A DNA stretch of 64,000 nt, taken from contig CBFFRP010000231.1 in assembly GCA_965644295.1 (NCBI GenBank), positions 1-64,000 on the forward strand. The letters run 5' to 3'. Of this stretch, positions 27,645-42,600 are shown in pieces. Each line of letters begins with the position of its first letter. Positions within the stretch are counted from its first letter, which is position 1. This DNA comes from Paraphysomonas bandaiensis (Eukaryota > Protista > Chrysophyceae). A model generated the notes under the pieces. That model did not search any database. It worked only from the letters and a program-made list of their open reading frames with translations, and had not been told where the DNA came from. The translations under genes were made by a program, and so were the position numbers.

Positions 27645-30600
27645 ATGAGATTACAGGACATGTTTGCAGGCAAACTGCCTATAGTTGATATATTGCATGA
27701 TATACATGTGCAAGATGAGGTTGAAAAACTTCTTAACAGAGCCCTTAATTTAGATAATAGCCGATGGTATATATCCAGGAGAGAGGATAACTTGGACATC
27801 CCTGCACTCTCTAGATATGACTTGATTCACCACAGATCTCCACGAGTTGACTTTGAAATTGTAAGAGCTGTGTTTACTTTTCTACGAGCAAAATTGTTTC
27901 CGTCAGAAAACTCGACATATCTTAACCCTTTAGTCACTATTTCATTGCATGATGTGTTGAAAGAGAAACTTCGTGAGAATCAGCGAAAGCAGGTTGTTCC
28001 ACTACAACAGCAAATGGAACTGGCTTTATTATGGTAAGCTGTAAATTTAATATCGCTTTCCTGATATAATACTATTTCGTAACTTAGGCGCACGATGACA
28101 CTGTTCCTTGAATCTGATGATATCAGCTTTGCGATTGAGTTTTTTCATGAGTTTCTAATTACTGTAAAAGCTCTACCGCCGCTTTCGTTGTCGATATATT
28201 GGACCGAACGACCCCAACGGGATTGTATGGTGGGAATAAAGGGCAATGATGGTGATAACGATAGTATAGAAAAGCAAGATGAAACAGATACCCCCATTTT
28301 ACCCGTGCCAGAGTTAAACTACTTGACTGATAACGATAAAAGTGATGGGATCAGTGACCCTTCCGCTGCAGCCGCGGCTGAGGAGGAAGCATACAATAGG
28401 AAAGAACATGATCCACTGGGAGTGGTTCAGAAGTTGTTTAACACAGCGGAGTACCTTGCTGGAGTGATAGGGCCTTCTCAGGTTTCTGACCAAGCCACAT
28501 TGCTTTCCATGGTTCTGGCCTTGGGGGTTAAGTCAGGTCGCGCAAGTCTGCTTCTCTCTGCTGCCAAGTGTATCGCCTCAACTGATGCTATGCTGACAAA
28601 TGATGAATTAGATATTGCTATTTTGAAAGACATTGAAAAGTATGTTCGCGAGAATTGTGCTGACTTAAAGGATGGCTTTGTTGATCATAGTTGCAACAGC
28701 GATTTCGGTGACACGTACGAAACGCTGAGAGATGTAATCCAGAGATCATGTGGGGGAAACAACGGTGGAGTGATTCTTAGCTTTGGTAAGGCTGACCATG
28801 GTAAGCTGGGTCATGGAGACTCTCAAGTTCACCGAGCTGTCCCAACACTTGTCGAGAGCATGCGAGACATTAATATTGTGAAAGTTGCGTCTATGAGTAC
28901 CTATTCCGTTGTAGTTGATGCTGAGGGAGCGGTTTATGTTTGGGGGACAGGTATTGATAGTTTTCTCTTACTGTACATGTTGCTATGTATAAATGCTTTT
29001 CCGTGCAAGCGTTCGCGTTTAATTTTGGGTACAGGTGGGTCATCAGGGAACATGCAGGGTTTGCGCACCGATATCGTTCCACAGCCTTTGGATGCACTTT
29101 CCGAGAAGGCACCAGTTCGAGATGTTGCCTGCGGCCTGGGTCATGCTCTATTTCTTATGGCCAATGGGCGTGTTTGTGCCTGGGGGAATGGTGGAAATGG
29201 TCGTCTTGGTCTGGGTGATACTGCAGACCGTGCCGAGGCATGTGTGATAGCTGGTAATTATTCGGCATGTGTACGTGATGTATATAATGTTCATAATGTG
29301 GGTATTTCTGTGTAGACTTGATGGGAGAAGTGGTCGACTCAGTATATTGTGGTGCATCTCACAGTATGGCTGTTATCAAGAGATCAGGCCGGGTCTACAC
29401 ATGGGGAAAGAATACGCAGGGCCAGTGTGGAAGAGGTTTGTCACATATGGAAGCTTCGTACTTCTTCATCATTACATGTCCTAGGAAACATGGAAGACAT
29501 TTTAAAACCCACTCTTAATACAGCTCTTAAAAGTGAAGTTATTGTAAAGGTAATTTTCGAAGTCGTTATATTGCTTTGTCAACGTGTGATATAGATGGCA
29601 GCTGGGTGGGAACATTCGATTGCCTTATCAGCTAGTGGTAAGAAGGCTGCAGTTTTTATTCGTGTGAGTTTTACTTTGCATTCTAGGTCGGGTATATGCC
29701 TGGGGTTCAGGATACAAGGACAGTCGTAGAGGTCTGGTCCCGCCAGTTTTGGGTCTTGGACACTCAGAAGGTCGTACGCTACCTGAGCTGCTGACGTCCA
29801 TTGAGTCAATACACATCATTGACATTGCCAGTGGATGGGATCACTGCCTCGCAGTTGACTCTAAACGCAGAGTATTCAGTTGGGGAAGTGGACAAAACGG
29901 TACTTGAGAAATTCTGTGTGTCGTCTGTAATCGAAATTTGTTTTAGGCAAGCTGGGGCATGGTTCAGAAGAGAATGTCACTGCCCCCTGTATTATCCCGG
30001 CATTAGAGAACCAAAGGGCTCTTGCAATAGCAGCAGGTTGCGAACACAGCGCTGTTATAACCGAGGATGGCATGCTGTATACATGGGGCCACGGGGATGG
30101 GGGAAGATTGGGGCACGGTGATAACGATGCCCGGTCTATTCCTTCCCCAGTGATGACACTCGCTCATATGCACGCCAGGTACAGCTACGAATATTATGCG
30201 CTTGTTCGGGAAAATAATGTTATGTGTATTTTAGACCAGTACTTGTTAGTTGTGGGGATAAGTTCACTATTGTTGCTGTCGAACCATATGCAGCAACAAA
30301 TGATGTCTTCAACCCTGGCCACAATGTTGCATCGACACTCGATGATAGAGCTAGAGGAAATCGTGTATTATCCCTTGACTGGCTACATAAGTGTGTGGAC
30401 GAACATTTGTTGCGCCCTAAAAGGCGGAATTCGCACCAGTTATCTGCCACTCTTCAGGTACTGGGATATGTTTTCAACACCTACATGTTTTGATGTGTTA
30501 TTAGGCCATGCCCAGTCAGCCTGCACCGGATTCACCTGATGTATTGAGGAGTAAAAGTCTGACGTTTGATCGCTCTGTCGTTAATAAGATGGAAGCAGAT

Positions 30601-33600
30601 ATGGCGTCGGAAAATGTAGGAACGACTGATAATCCTGATTATATATCTGGGAGGAGTGTATTGTTATCCCTTCTCTCCCTCATGTCAAGATCATTCGACA
30701 AACGGCGATATGAATCAATAGCAAAATGTCAAACCAGTGACACGAATGAGAAGCCGCCGAAGACTGCTGTTGAATATTCTGTGGAATTGTCGGCACAAAC
30801 TTTTAATGCTATAAACAACACATTGTGCATAATTGCCGAATCTTTTTTTAAATCAATCTGCAAGGATGAATCGAATGTAGATTTTACGAGCGATCAACAG
30901 CACGATATTGGCAGGCCTGATGGATGTTCTACGAAAACAGATTTTTTAGGTCTAGGTGTGAACACCGACTGGTTAGATGTTTTGCAGGACAAAAAGAGAT
31001 CCAATTCAAACAGCAGTGAAGTTGATACGGCATTGGACGAGACATCGCATGCATTACCTGACAGAATGGTGAACTGGGGGATTATTCGCTTTACACTCAG
31101 TGTGCTGCAGCATAACTTGTACGTACTTAATGTCACTGCAGCATCTGCTAGCAGGAGAGAAACCCAAGCACAGCGCAGAAAGTCTCTGAAGAGTAGCATT
31201 GAGTCTGCATATGACTTCTTAGAGAAGGAAATTGTAGAAAGACAGCTGTACCCCCATTCTCTAAATTCGACAGAAAGACTGGCAGCAATACTTGGCGGCA
31301 GCATTGAGGAACATGAAGTGAGATCTTCTGACGATGACGATGATGACGATGATGCCAAGGATGATGATGACGATGAGGACAGCGAAGATGATGACGAAGA
31401 CGATGATGATTACGAACAATCAGGGGACCACCTGGATGAGTCGGACCTTTGTGCAGAAGAGGAGGATCAGTATGATGACTATGATATCAGCAAAGCAACC
31501 TATGACGATGATGAAGATAGTCGTGAAGACGAAGGTCTCAATCTTGATGATTACAATGGCAACAGCTCTGCGCGTCGGTTTGGTGATGGAGTATTATCAG
31601 CGCGTGGGCGTATGTCTGTTGGAGATTCAACGCCAGGAACAAGCAGGGCAGCAAGTGGGGCATATTTGGCAGAAGGAAATAACGATATTGATACCCAAAA
31701 CGAAAATTCGCTATCTCATGAGTCAGGAGACGATGCAGATTTCAAGGACGACATGTATCGCGGACTCGATATAAGTTCTGCTGCATCTGAGGAAGATGTA
31801 GATGACTTGATACGAGTTGAAGGTGGTGGCAATGTAACGGCTGACTACTCGCCGGCTCCCTCAAATGAAAGCTTGCAGCACCGACATATGGCCTCTGACT
31901 GCAAGGAAGTAGCTGAAAATAAAGACCTCGTGTGCTTTGAGAAAGGAGCAAACGCTGAAGCCGCCGAATCCGTTGGTTTTGCTCGAGGTATGCATATAGA
32001 ATACTTCTGTCTATTAGGCATGACTTTATATGTAGAGTACGACGGTATTCAAGGTCAAGTGATGGGCATTCAGTTTGGTACGGGTGAAAATGAGGAAGAG
32101 GATGAAGATATGCAGAAAGCAATTTTTTCAAGTATTGACTCCAGGACAGGCGAAGGCGAAAATATATTTGAGCTCATGTTGCAGTACAAAGATTTTGGAC
32201 AGTCATCTGAAGTATTGCAAAGACTCAGCGGTCAACTGGAATATATGTCTCGTCGTATATTCGATATTATTGTTTCTGCCGAAGAAAAATTATCTGAAGA
32301 TATTGTCGCAATGATTTTTCTCTGGAAAGATATTCAGAATTGTATTGGGTTAGGGTTCTCTTCAATGTACAGCACAGACGAGCAGAAAGAAGTGGTGCTT
32401 AGCGTAATTGCAAGAAGTGAAGAGTGGCTGCATATCTTTCCTGCCGTATTCTACGGACTCAAGAATGAGGAAATATTTGGGGTCTTAGCGAAGGATTTGA
32501 TTGTTTTGTGTAAAGATACACATATCAGAGCGAACCAAATAGACCTTGATGATATCACATCACTGTTGCGCAAAATGAAAGTCCACAATCTTACAATAAC
32601 GGATATCATGAATGAAGTCATTTATTCGTCCACTGGCGATGATGCAACTTCCAACCCGCCCCCCTTTGACGGAGAGCGCTTTTGTGAGAACAGTAGTTTT
32701 TGCTATATTTTATTTAAGTCTATCCTCGAGGTCGTAAAATTGTGTGTTTCTTTTTTGTTTCTTCAGAAGACGACTAACCCCGTTATCACAATAGGAAAAG
32801 TTGAAAACTGTATTTCCGATTTTCTTTCTGTAATCGTGGAAATGGTTGACGTCGAAATCAACAGTATAGTGTCTTATTTACCGTCTCTTTTGGGAAATCG
32901 ATATCAGAAGCACGCTGGGACACGCATGTTCCACCAGTTAAAAGATTTATTAAATCATATTCTTCAAAATTCAATTACTGGTTCTTTATTATCGACAATT
33001 GGTGGGTTATTTTCAAGCGGTCACAATAACGTGGAATGCGTGACTATATTTCTTCCACATGCACTCGACTTGCTGAAAATTTTCGAAAAATATAGCGATA
33101 TTTTGACAACAGAAAGCAATCACTACAGCTTCAGCGACATGGGAAACTATTTGAAGGAGTGGTTGTTGAATGAAATGAGATGGGTATTCTTGTTTGTTTC
33201 CTCTGCTGTTGGGATAGCCAGCCGGGCTCGTTCTGATTTAGCGTTGAGTGAAGAGAAGTTTTCTCTGAGTAAATGCTACGATAGTTGTCCTGACACCTTA
33301 ATTGATGGTGAAGAGTTCATCAAAACGCCTTCACATCCCGTTTGGATTCGACTCGGTCCAAAGGTAAAAGTTTGGAGCTACATTGGTGACTCTGATAAAT
33401 ATTTTTCAAGCGGAAGCATCAACGCGTCGTCTAAAGTTGTCAGTGATGAATGGAGTTCGATGGTGTATATTCTTGCTTCAACATGTGGAGATAATTCCTC
33501 CTCTGATACCAGCATTGAAGAAATATCATGGTTCACAAAGCTTATTCAGAACATTCCTGGAAGGTTATCGACTTGGCTGCGCGACAAAGGTGTGAGCGAA

Positions 33601-36600
33601 CTCAGCCCGGTTCTTGGGTTGAAAGAGTACGTTTTAGGCCTCATCCTTGGAGTGGAAAACGGATTTGCACACTCCACATATATTTATGACGAATTTATTA
33701 AGGCAGCCAGCATTGAGCTAGATTCCTTAGAGAAAACTCACGGTATATTATTTGTTGTTAAATTCAAGCACTGGATATTTCGCTGTCAGCTTCTGATATG
33801 TGCACTTATTCTATCTTTTTATGGGTTGCATCGGTATTGTCACGATCTGATTGGCATATCCACCGGAAAAACTGGCGGAGAATATTTGCTTCCACGCTTG
33901 TATGAGATATGGACGTATCATGCCTGTGTTCTTGGCATTGTTATTGAACAAGTTGTTGCTATGACGAATCAGGCAGAGCACTGCATTGAAAAGATTGAGG
34001 CCCGCATGACACAAGGTAATTGTGAATTACATGTAAGCCCAATAGTTTTCATTGTGTTATGTGTGTTCAGTTGAAGGTCGGTGTATATCATTACTTCGGG
34101 GACCTCACAAAATATATGATTTTGGGAGCTCATATTCAGGTATGGAACCGTAAATGGAACGCGATGTCTCATTGGATTTCTAGACAACCTTGAAAGTGAT
34201 CTGAGTTGGCTTCGGAGCAGCATAGTATATCGTATTCAACGGTGAATATGGATCAGTACTTGTTATCTATACCTGACATTTGTTTGCAGGGCCCATATCC
34301 CAACTGATGATATTTCGATATCCCTTGATGACACATATTCCTATCCGCCTAATTCTGACCCTGCACAATCTTATGCAATGCAATTGTGTATTTTGTCAGA
34401 CTTAGGAACAGTATTGTTAGGTGAATTTTCTGTGAAGCATTTGGAAGATATTGCCGCCGTCAGATGCATTTGTCAAAAGAGTGCGATATTTTCGTTGCGG
34501 TTATGTGAATACACTCTCTCGCTGATGTATAATTCAGAAGACGCTTTGTTTTATTTCACAAGAGGTCTGTTTCTACAACATTCGAATGCAAAGATCTCGA
34601 AGACTACTCTATGTAATGCAATTGATCCTGACCCTGCTGTGGGTTGTGTAATTCACAGCACACTACAAAAGAATATGGAAATATTTGCAGATGCGGGTTT
34701 TGGCACTGCGACTGTAAATGTTGATGATGTAACCGTGAAAGAACGATATTCCGCAATAATGGATGTCGACAACTGCATTTACCTGGTAATATCCTCAATA
34801 TACAAGAAGTATCTTCCTACTAACGCTACAGCCATGACGGAAGTTTCAATGGCAAAGAGCCAAATATTCTCACTTATGCTTATTCCACAGCTTATTGATA
34901 GTCTAAATTTGTGTGTTTGCTCATCATTAGAAGGATACACACCCAGAATGGACGGGACATTGTCTTTGAAGTCACCTACTGCTGGTCTTTGTACTCTCAT
35001 GGAGCTGTTGCGGGCTATATGCACAGAAGTTATTTCTGATAAAAAGGATGATTATTTTTGGAGCATCATGGGTTGTATTGGCAATTTTATGCGTTGTACG
35101 CGAACTTTAGAGTTTAGAGGAAGCAACGTTGAGGAGCCTGATAATTTGTATTCGAAAACATTGTGTCCCTCGTCACTGCAAGTGCTAGAGTACTGCGGCG
35201 GTCTCATGAATATTTTATGCAGTGTAATTCATGGTCTGAGTGACATGAAAGTTCAAATTACTAGAAATATCGAAAGAACAAAGACGAAAATGCTCCTTAG
35301 CCAGATAAGAGGTGTAAACTACTCTAGTCCTGTTGTTATACCGAATGCTTCAACTGATAAAGGTGATTATGCCATTGGATTTTGGATGAAGATTCCCACC
35401 GATTATTATGAAAATATGCACAAATATCAAAGTACATCTACAATGTTTCGGGCTGATAATCCCGCTGAATCAATTGAAGTAACGACAAATAGTCAGCTGG
35501 AAGGCGCCAGACATCACGTTTCCTTGGATGGGCTTCGTACTCATATCTTGTCTAGAGTTCCGGAGGCGGGAGAGGTGGACATGATGTCGCTTTTTAAGGT
35601 ATTGGATTAGCGCTAGCAAATTTGAATTTCATGCCGTACTGTAGGATATTCCGACCTCGCCGTGTAACCCTGGTGTTGTATTGGAGACACTTCCTGACGG
35701 TTCTTCTAGTCTTATTGTGTCACTGACAACATCTTTACATAAAAATGGAGTAAAAGTAAGCAAGCCTGTTCGTGTGGTTAAACTGAGATCAAGACCGTTG
35801 CAAGCGGATACCTGGTTAGATATTTGCATACAATTTTCCAATTTGCCGAGAAGTGGTGAAAAAAATGAAGCATATGGTTCTTCGATTGTACAACTATTTG
35901 TTGACGGGAATATGCATGCGTCTGCGACGGATTCGTTTGGACGGTAGGTTTATTTTGTGTTTCTTATGAGAAACTGAGATATGAAATCAGGCTATCTTTG
36001 CATCAGAATATAATATTTGGAAATATTCCAGTTTCTTTAATCAAACCTTCGGATGAATCGTGCTTGCTGGTGGGAGGAGTCCGATGGGCTTCTCATACAG
36101 CTCATGAACAAGGAAGCGATGTGGACGGAAAAGGGCCCGCAGATGCGAGACCACTGGATAATTCTTATCCCCATTCTTTCAGTGTTATCCCTTTAGAAGA
36201 TTTCAAACTATCAGGACAAGCTTCAATGGCGACTGTGCCTAGTAAGGATGTTAAAATACCCTACTTGCCTGTTGCTTTGCTGCATGACGTGCTTCAAGAT
36301 ATGACGACGTCTGCGGAGTGTTGCATGAGCATCACAATGAAGCTGTTGCTTTCCTCTGCTAAAGGCGCTCTGAATGCATTGAATGCGCCCTGCGTATCGA
36401 CAAATTGTGATGATAATTTGGTGTATATGTGTTCCTTTGTACGCCTTTTACCTTCGGTTGGACAATGGGCTGTGGGATTGCTGGGTACTGGAGCTGGCAA
36501 CAGCGCTATTCATGTACTTCTATTCCAATGTTTTAATAATTGACATAATGTTTTGTATTGTTAGGAGGCAGCGTTTGAAATTCTTAAAGCTTATATATCG

Positions 36601-39600
36601 ATACTTCACGAGGTGAAAACCCTCCTTGGGCGGAATATTCTTCCAGTGACAGCTTCAGCGGAGCTTCAATCAAGTGCTGATGCAGCTATCAGCGCTCTTC
36701 AACAGCATTTTATGTACTTGATTGCCGCTGTTGGTGTACTTGTTGGATGTGAAAATTTTGAGGGTTTTTCTTCTGTGGAAGGTGCCGAAGGCAGGGATAT
36801 AGACTCCGCAGTTATCCAGCGTCATCGTAGATGGCTTCGGCGACTGCAGTCTAACCGCACAATGTCACCAGTGTTAGTGTCTCCTGCAGATATAAGCGCA
36901 TTGAGTGGAGCGCTGAGTGATATAAATATTGTTCAGCAAAATGAAAATGTCATTGTAACAAGCATATCTGCCCTTTGTGCATATACTATTGACGCGGGGT
37001 TACTATCTATCAATGCCTTGTCGGAAGCAGTGAAACAGGCATCAGTGGTTACAACTGTTCCTTTGCACTTTATTTTGATCGGTCTTTTTTCTGGAGGTGG
37101 ATGGCCTGTGTCACTTAGAGTGAATTCTATGGTTGATGTACATCCACGCGCATTATTTCTTAACCTAGATCCGAAAGCACTGGAGCAGTCCGTGTTCCCA
37201 TCTAGTGCTGTGGTTCATAGCATGTCTTCTGGAGTTGGGGGTAGGCCGAGTGGTGTGTGGATGCATCGATGTACTGGAGGCTTTTTGAGATGCCCGATTT
37301 CCACCGAACTCACTTCTGGAGACGACGTTGTGAAGTGCAGTACACTTCCCCCGATGCACTCAGTTATCATTCCACGGAGTTCAAGAGCAATGTTTTTGGG
37401 AACAGAAATGATACCTTCCAAAGATACTCACCCACCACTCGCGTTAGATTTTGTTGCGGATATTATGCAGATGAAACCGCTTGGAGGTTCCGATGACTTA
37501 CAAGACCTACTGAACCGCCTTGCTAACAAAGAAACTTCACACATTAGTGATTGCACAGGGGATGAGACCTTAAATGACGATCCAGCTCTGGCTCTGACAG
37601 TATTTATGGCTCATATTCGGAGTATATTAGTACAACTAACGTCAGCAGAGGCACTGCGTGACGATAAGAGAATTCAACATCTCAACCTACTTCGGACTGT
37701 TTTGGAGCGTGATTTGGCCAGTATCATATCAATTGCAGCGATGGATCCAGTGAAGTGTGTTGTCGATGCATTCAAACTCGCTTCCAGAATCAATGGTTCT
37801 GTTAGCGGGCAGTTAGATGTTTTGTCTAATCTCTTGAGAGAAGGGGATGTAACATTCTTAGAAAAAATATCTTTGCGGATATGGAGGCATTTTCAGGTTA
37901 TCGCTTCTACGACCCGCAAGGGGTCATCAACCGAACCTATTCCGTCACCAGTTGCCCTTGCGGGTGATGTACAAATCTCCGGGAATAGAATACGAGCTCT
38001 GAGTCACTTTCCGTCTGTACGTGTGCTTCCTGTTCAACTGGAGAGAATGACTGGCCGTTGGTTCTACGAATGTACACTTCTTTCCGACGGATTAATGCAG
38101 ATTGGATGGGCCGACAGAGCCTTCAGGTGTGATCCAGTATGTGGACAGGGAGTAGGAGACCACTTGCATTCTTGGGCTGTAGATGGCTTGAGGTATAGAT
38201 TTAAGCGTAGCATGAGATGCTGATGTTTTACTAAATTTAGCGACCTAAGTTTAAATTGTATCGTGATGATATTTAGAGCAGTATAAAATTATGTTATTGC
38301 ACCGGTTGTATATGTTAACTGTCTATCTCAGAACGAAGAAATGGAATGTGTCATGCGATACTTATGGTGTGCGCTGGAAAACAGAAGATGTAATTGGTGT
38401 ACTTGTTGATATGGATTTATTAGAAATGAAGTTTTTTGTCAATGGGACAGATTTAGGCCCTGCTTTCGAAAACTTCTCGTCCAATGGATTATATCCAGCC
38501 GTATCACTTAATGTTCGTCAGTGTATGCGCGTTAACTATGGACAGGAGATGTTTCTATATCCTCCCACAGAAGTAGATGGTCTACCATACCGACCTGTGC
38601 TAGAGGCTTTTAACATGTCCAAAGAATCTGAACGTGCCAAACCGTCTGCGTTGTCAACGGTCAATGCCCCACCCAAGACCACACTGAGCAATGGTACTAC
38701 AGGTGGAGTGAGTGAGGTGAAGACTGATAGGTCTGTCTCAGCGACAAGAACAAGTGAGCAACGCGTGCTTCCTGCGGAGTCTTCAACAACTGCAAGTGAA
38801 ACAATGACACGAAGTGTGTTTGTTATTGATGAGCTGGGATCTGCGACGAATGATGCGTCGGCACCGAATAGAGATGAGATTTCGGATGCAACTAGTCCTG
38901 CGCCAGGTACTGTACTACAGAGGACCGTAACTGTTGATACTGGGGATGGAGCGGATGAAGCGTCTCAGTCGGAGCGAAGGCGTGGCACAGGCGACAATGG
39001 TTCCAATACAGAAGATGAGGTAGGTATACGTGATAGGATACTGTATATCTAATTATTTCCGTGCAGTATAATGGTTGGCAAGGGTCAGACAGCAATGCTC
39101 TCTTGGAATCAAGAACTAGAAATACTACACAACAGCATTCAACGAGTGTAACAGATAGTAACGACGATGTGCATGTAGCAGGTGGAAGCTCCGTAGGTAG
39201 AGGGACTGCAGGCGTTGATGCGCTTTTTACAGGGCATCAAACGTCAAGTTCCACTCCTGAACTCGAAGCACGTAGGCAGCTACTTATTGAAAATTTAATT
39301 GGCATGGTATAGTAACTGAATGTGCATAATCGGGTTCTAAAATGCTTATAGGGATTCCCTGTTGATTGGGCTCTCCGAGCTGCAGAAAATTGCGATGCGT
39401 CGTTGTCGGAATCCACTGCTATTGCGTGGATAATAGAAAGGTGGGTAAATTTGTGTCACTGTGATGTATATTTTTGCCTGTAGTAATTTCAATGCAGAAT
39501 GGAACTGGAGCAGGCGAAGCTTGAAGAGCTTGAAGGTGGTGACTCGCGCGTAGCAGACGAGGAGGATTTCGACGATATAGATGATATTGGGCTAGATCAG

Positions 39601-42600
39601 AATAACCGTGGGTTTGCGTTTGGCACTTCGGGAATGGGTGAGGCTAAAGAAAGCAGTGCAGAAGATGTAGTTGGTCGACAACGCCCTTCGGCCTTAGCTG
39701 GTATGCTGCATTTTTCTTTGGCGCTATATGTATAGTCACTGGTATTCACAGGACAAACGATTAGAATGACCTCTCAGTCGTCGGGATCACAGTACCCCAG
39801 AGGGGTCTCTAAACAAAATTCTTTGAAAGGAAACGTAAATGGTGATGGAAATAACTCCTCACAGGATGCTGGTATATGGAATAACGAAATGCAACAGTAT
39901 TCGACTATACTTGCCGGACATCAATCAGCGAGAAGACGTTTTGATATGGATAAGCAGGCAGTTTTGTGCCAGATATCTGAACTGGACTTTTGTGATTTAT
40001 TTCCTATTGTTTTGTCATGCCAGTTTTCATTGTGCGTTTTTTATGCACGTGCAGTTTTTGTTCGCACAATGCGGTTAATCGTTCAATCTTTCGATGGACT
40101 TCACTTCTTTTCAAAACGTCGCACTGGGCAAAATGACGGATGCACTACTTCACCCGATTGCACTCTCATGAATATATTGTTGAGATGCAACTCTCTCAAC
40201 TCTTTTGACGAGGTAGTAAATTTGCTGGGCTTGTGTTTCAAACAAGGCCAAGGAGCGACGTCGCAACCAGAAAAACTGTTTCCATCTCTTCTTCAGGTAA
40301 AGGTCTTCACTTATGCAAAGGAAATATATGATTCGTGCCGTCTCCAGGGTACGCTTTCGGGAGACCCAATTGATGTTTCTCCTCTTTTTGCCCCATTCAC
40401 CAGCGAAAACACACTAAACTTCACTCGATCTCTCTCGCGACTAGAAATGAATGTTTTTGGAACGTATAGGTCGAATATACCCTATCCACGTTCGGTTTGT
40501 TCCATTGCAATTGAGGAATCTTACCTACAGGTGTGTAATTTTATGGGGAAGTGGAATATGTAATATATATTGTGGGCAGTCCACGGATACAGTTGTAGTA
40601 TTTTTGAAGATCATATCGATGTTATCGAGTCAGAGCAACGTGTCTTTCGCGACCAAAAATTTTAGCGCGGACTTGGCCACATGCAAGAACTTACTCTCCG
40701 CTGTCGTTGACAAAGCTATAACAACGTTTGAGGCTGCGGCTGATGACTGCTATAAGAAGTCAGTATTTTTAGTGCCTGTATGAGTGTACTCATAGATATG
40801 TAGGCGAGATTGGATATCATGTGGAATAGAGAGACTAGGAACAGAAGCTGATTTTCCACATGATAGACTACGCGAAGAGTTCCAGAAGCCGAATGTATTA
40901 TGGGCGTTTCTTGCGTTACGAACTATTCTACAGGTTTGTGATGGTTTAATTTGATATATTCTTGTTATAATTTGATCAGAGTATCAAGAGAAACCACACC
41001 GATCATGTAGATACTCTCGGCATCCCATCGGATGATTCCTTGCTTTCCCTTGAGGATATTTTGTCAACGGACTCGTTTACCCGACTGCTAAAGGTATATT
41101 TTGCTCCCATGGTTAAATCATTTTTTGTAATCGCCTAACCCTAATCGGTGTTAGGTTGTCAGCATCACCACCACCAACACTTCGATGTCTTATTGCGTTT
41201 ACGGCGTTTGTGCCGAGGTTCTTAATAGGTATGCTTGCAATGAAATACGGGTATTTTATGCTTATTTGTTGATAGTGTCAATAAGAGAGTGGACTATCTA
41301 GAAAGACTACTTCTGAAGTCGTCAGAAGAAGATGGTACGAGTGACAAAGGGAGAAATTTGCTTGTTAAACTGACCGAATTTGGACAAAAAGAACTAACTT
41401 TTGCGGCTCACTACTACGCAGCTGTATCTACGAATTTGCCATTCAACGGGTCCAGTGGGGGTACAACGGCATCTATTGAGTATAAGTTGTTGCGCAGCTT
41501 AGCTAATAGAATCATGACGGAGAGTCCCCATTATCGTATGCACTCTAGATATGCACGCTTATTATCTGAATTTCTTCTCGAAATTTTGACGCTTCGAAGG
41601 TCTCTCACAGGAAGCAGTCCGTTCACGTACGTTTGTATTTCTTCTTATACTTTGTTTTTTACGAGATTTTTGCAGAAGAAGCGTCCATATGGATATCGTT
41701 GAAGATTGGAAGCTCCCCAAGGGCAGTTCCATTGTGCAAACGCCTTCTTTTTCAAGCCGTCCAATCGAAAAAGGAGAGAACAGCACCTTCTTCAGTGATA
41801 GCAATGCCGATGAGGAGACAGTGAAATCGAAGGATAAATCAACGTCGATTTCTCTCTTTGTTACGCAAATATCAGCCAATAGCATAACTGTTGCATGGAG
41901 CGGGGTTCCAGAAGATGACGACTGGAATGTTGCCGTTGCTAAGGCAGCAGCATCTTCTGGGCGAATTGCTGCCTCTGTTGGAGGTATTATAGCTAGTATC
42001 ACAGGACCATCTCCTGCTCAATCTAGTCACACTTCATATTCACTTTACGTGACACCTATATCTGGTGCGCAGCAATCGTTACCTGCTTCACGTCGTAGTC
42101 GGCCGTCTTTGTCGTTACCCTTCGTATCTTCTTCGGGGACGCATAAAATTGACCTACTAGACCCAGGTCTGTAAAGACTTATACTTCAGTCATATAACTT
42201 ACGGTTTTTCAGATACGCTATATAGAATATCGTTAACCTGTGATGACGATAATTTCACTCCCGGTGGTGATTCAAAACAAACTGACTCTTGCAGGTCGGG
42301 TTTATTGAGTTTTTCTGCTATTGGCAAACAACAAGATGCAATCGGTAATGGGCTTGAGTCGATACTGAAGCATGGAACAATGGCACCAGGGTGTGATTCT
42401 CACGACGAAAATGACAATGATGATGGTAGTTTGGATATATTCCCAACCCATGAAGAAGCCGGTGTGATGGTATCGACATTAGGTAGTTGGTATAAGCATT
42501 TAGTTGTGCGATTGTTAATAGTATCCTTAGCGGAGGCGCTGTTCATTCTGGACTCATCTGCCGCTAGTTGCCCTGCTCATCTTCAAGTGGCCAATCATGG

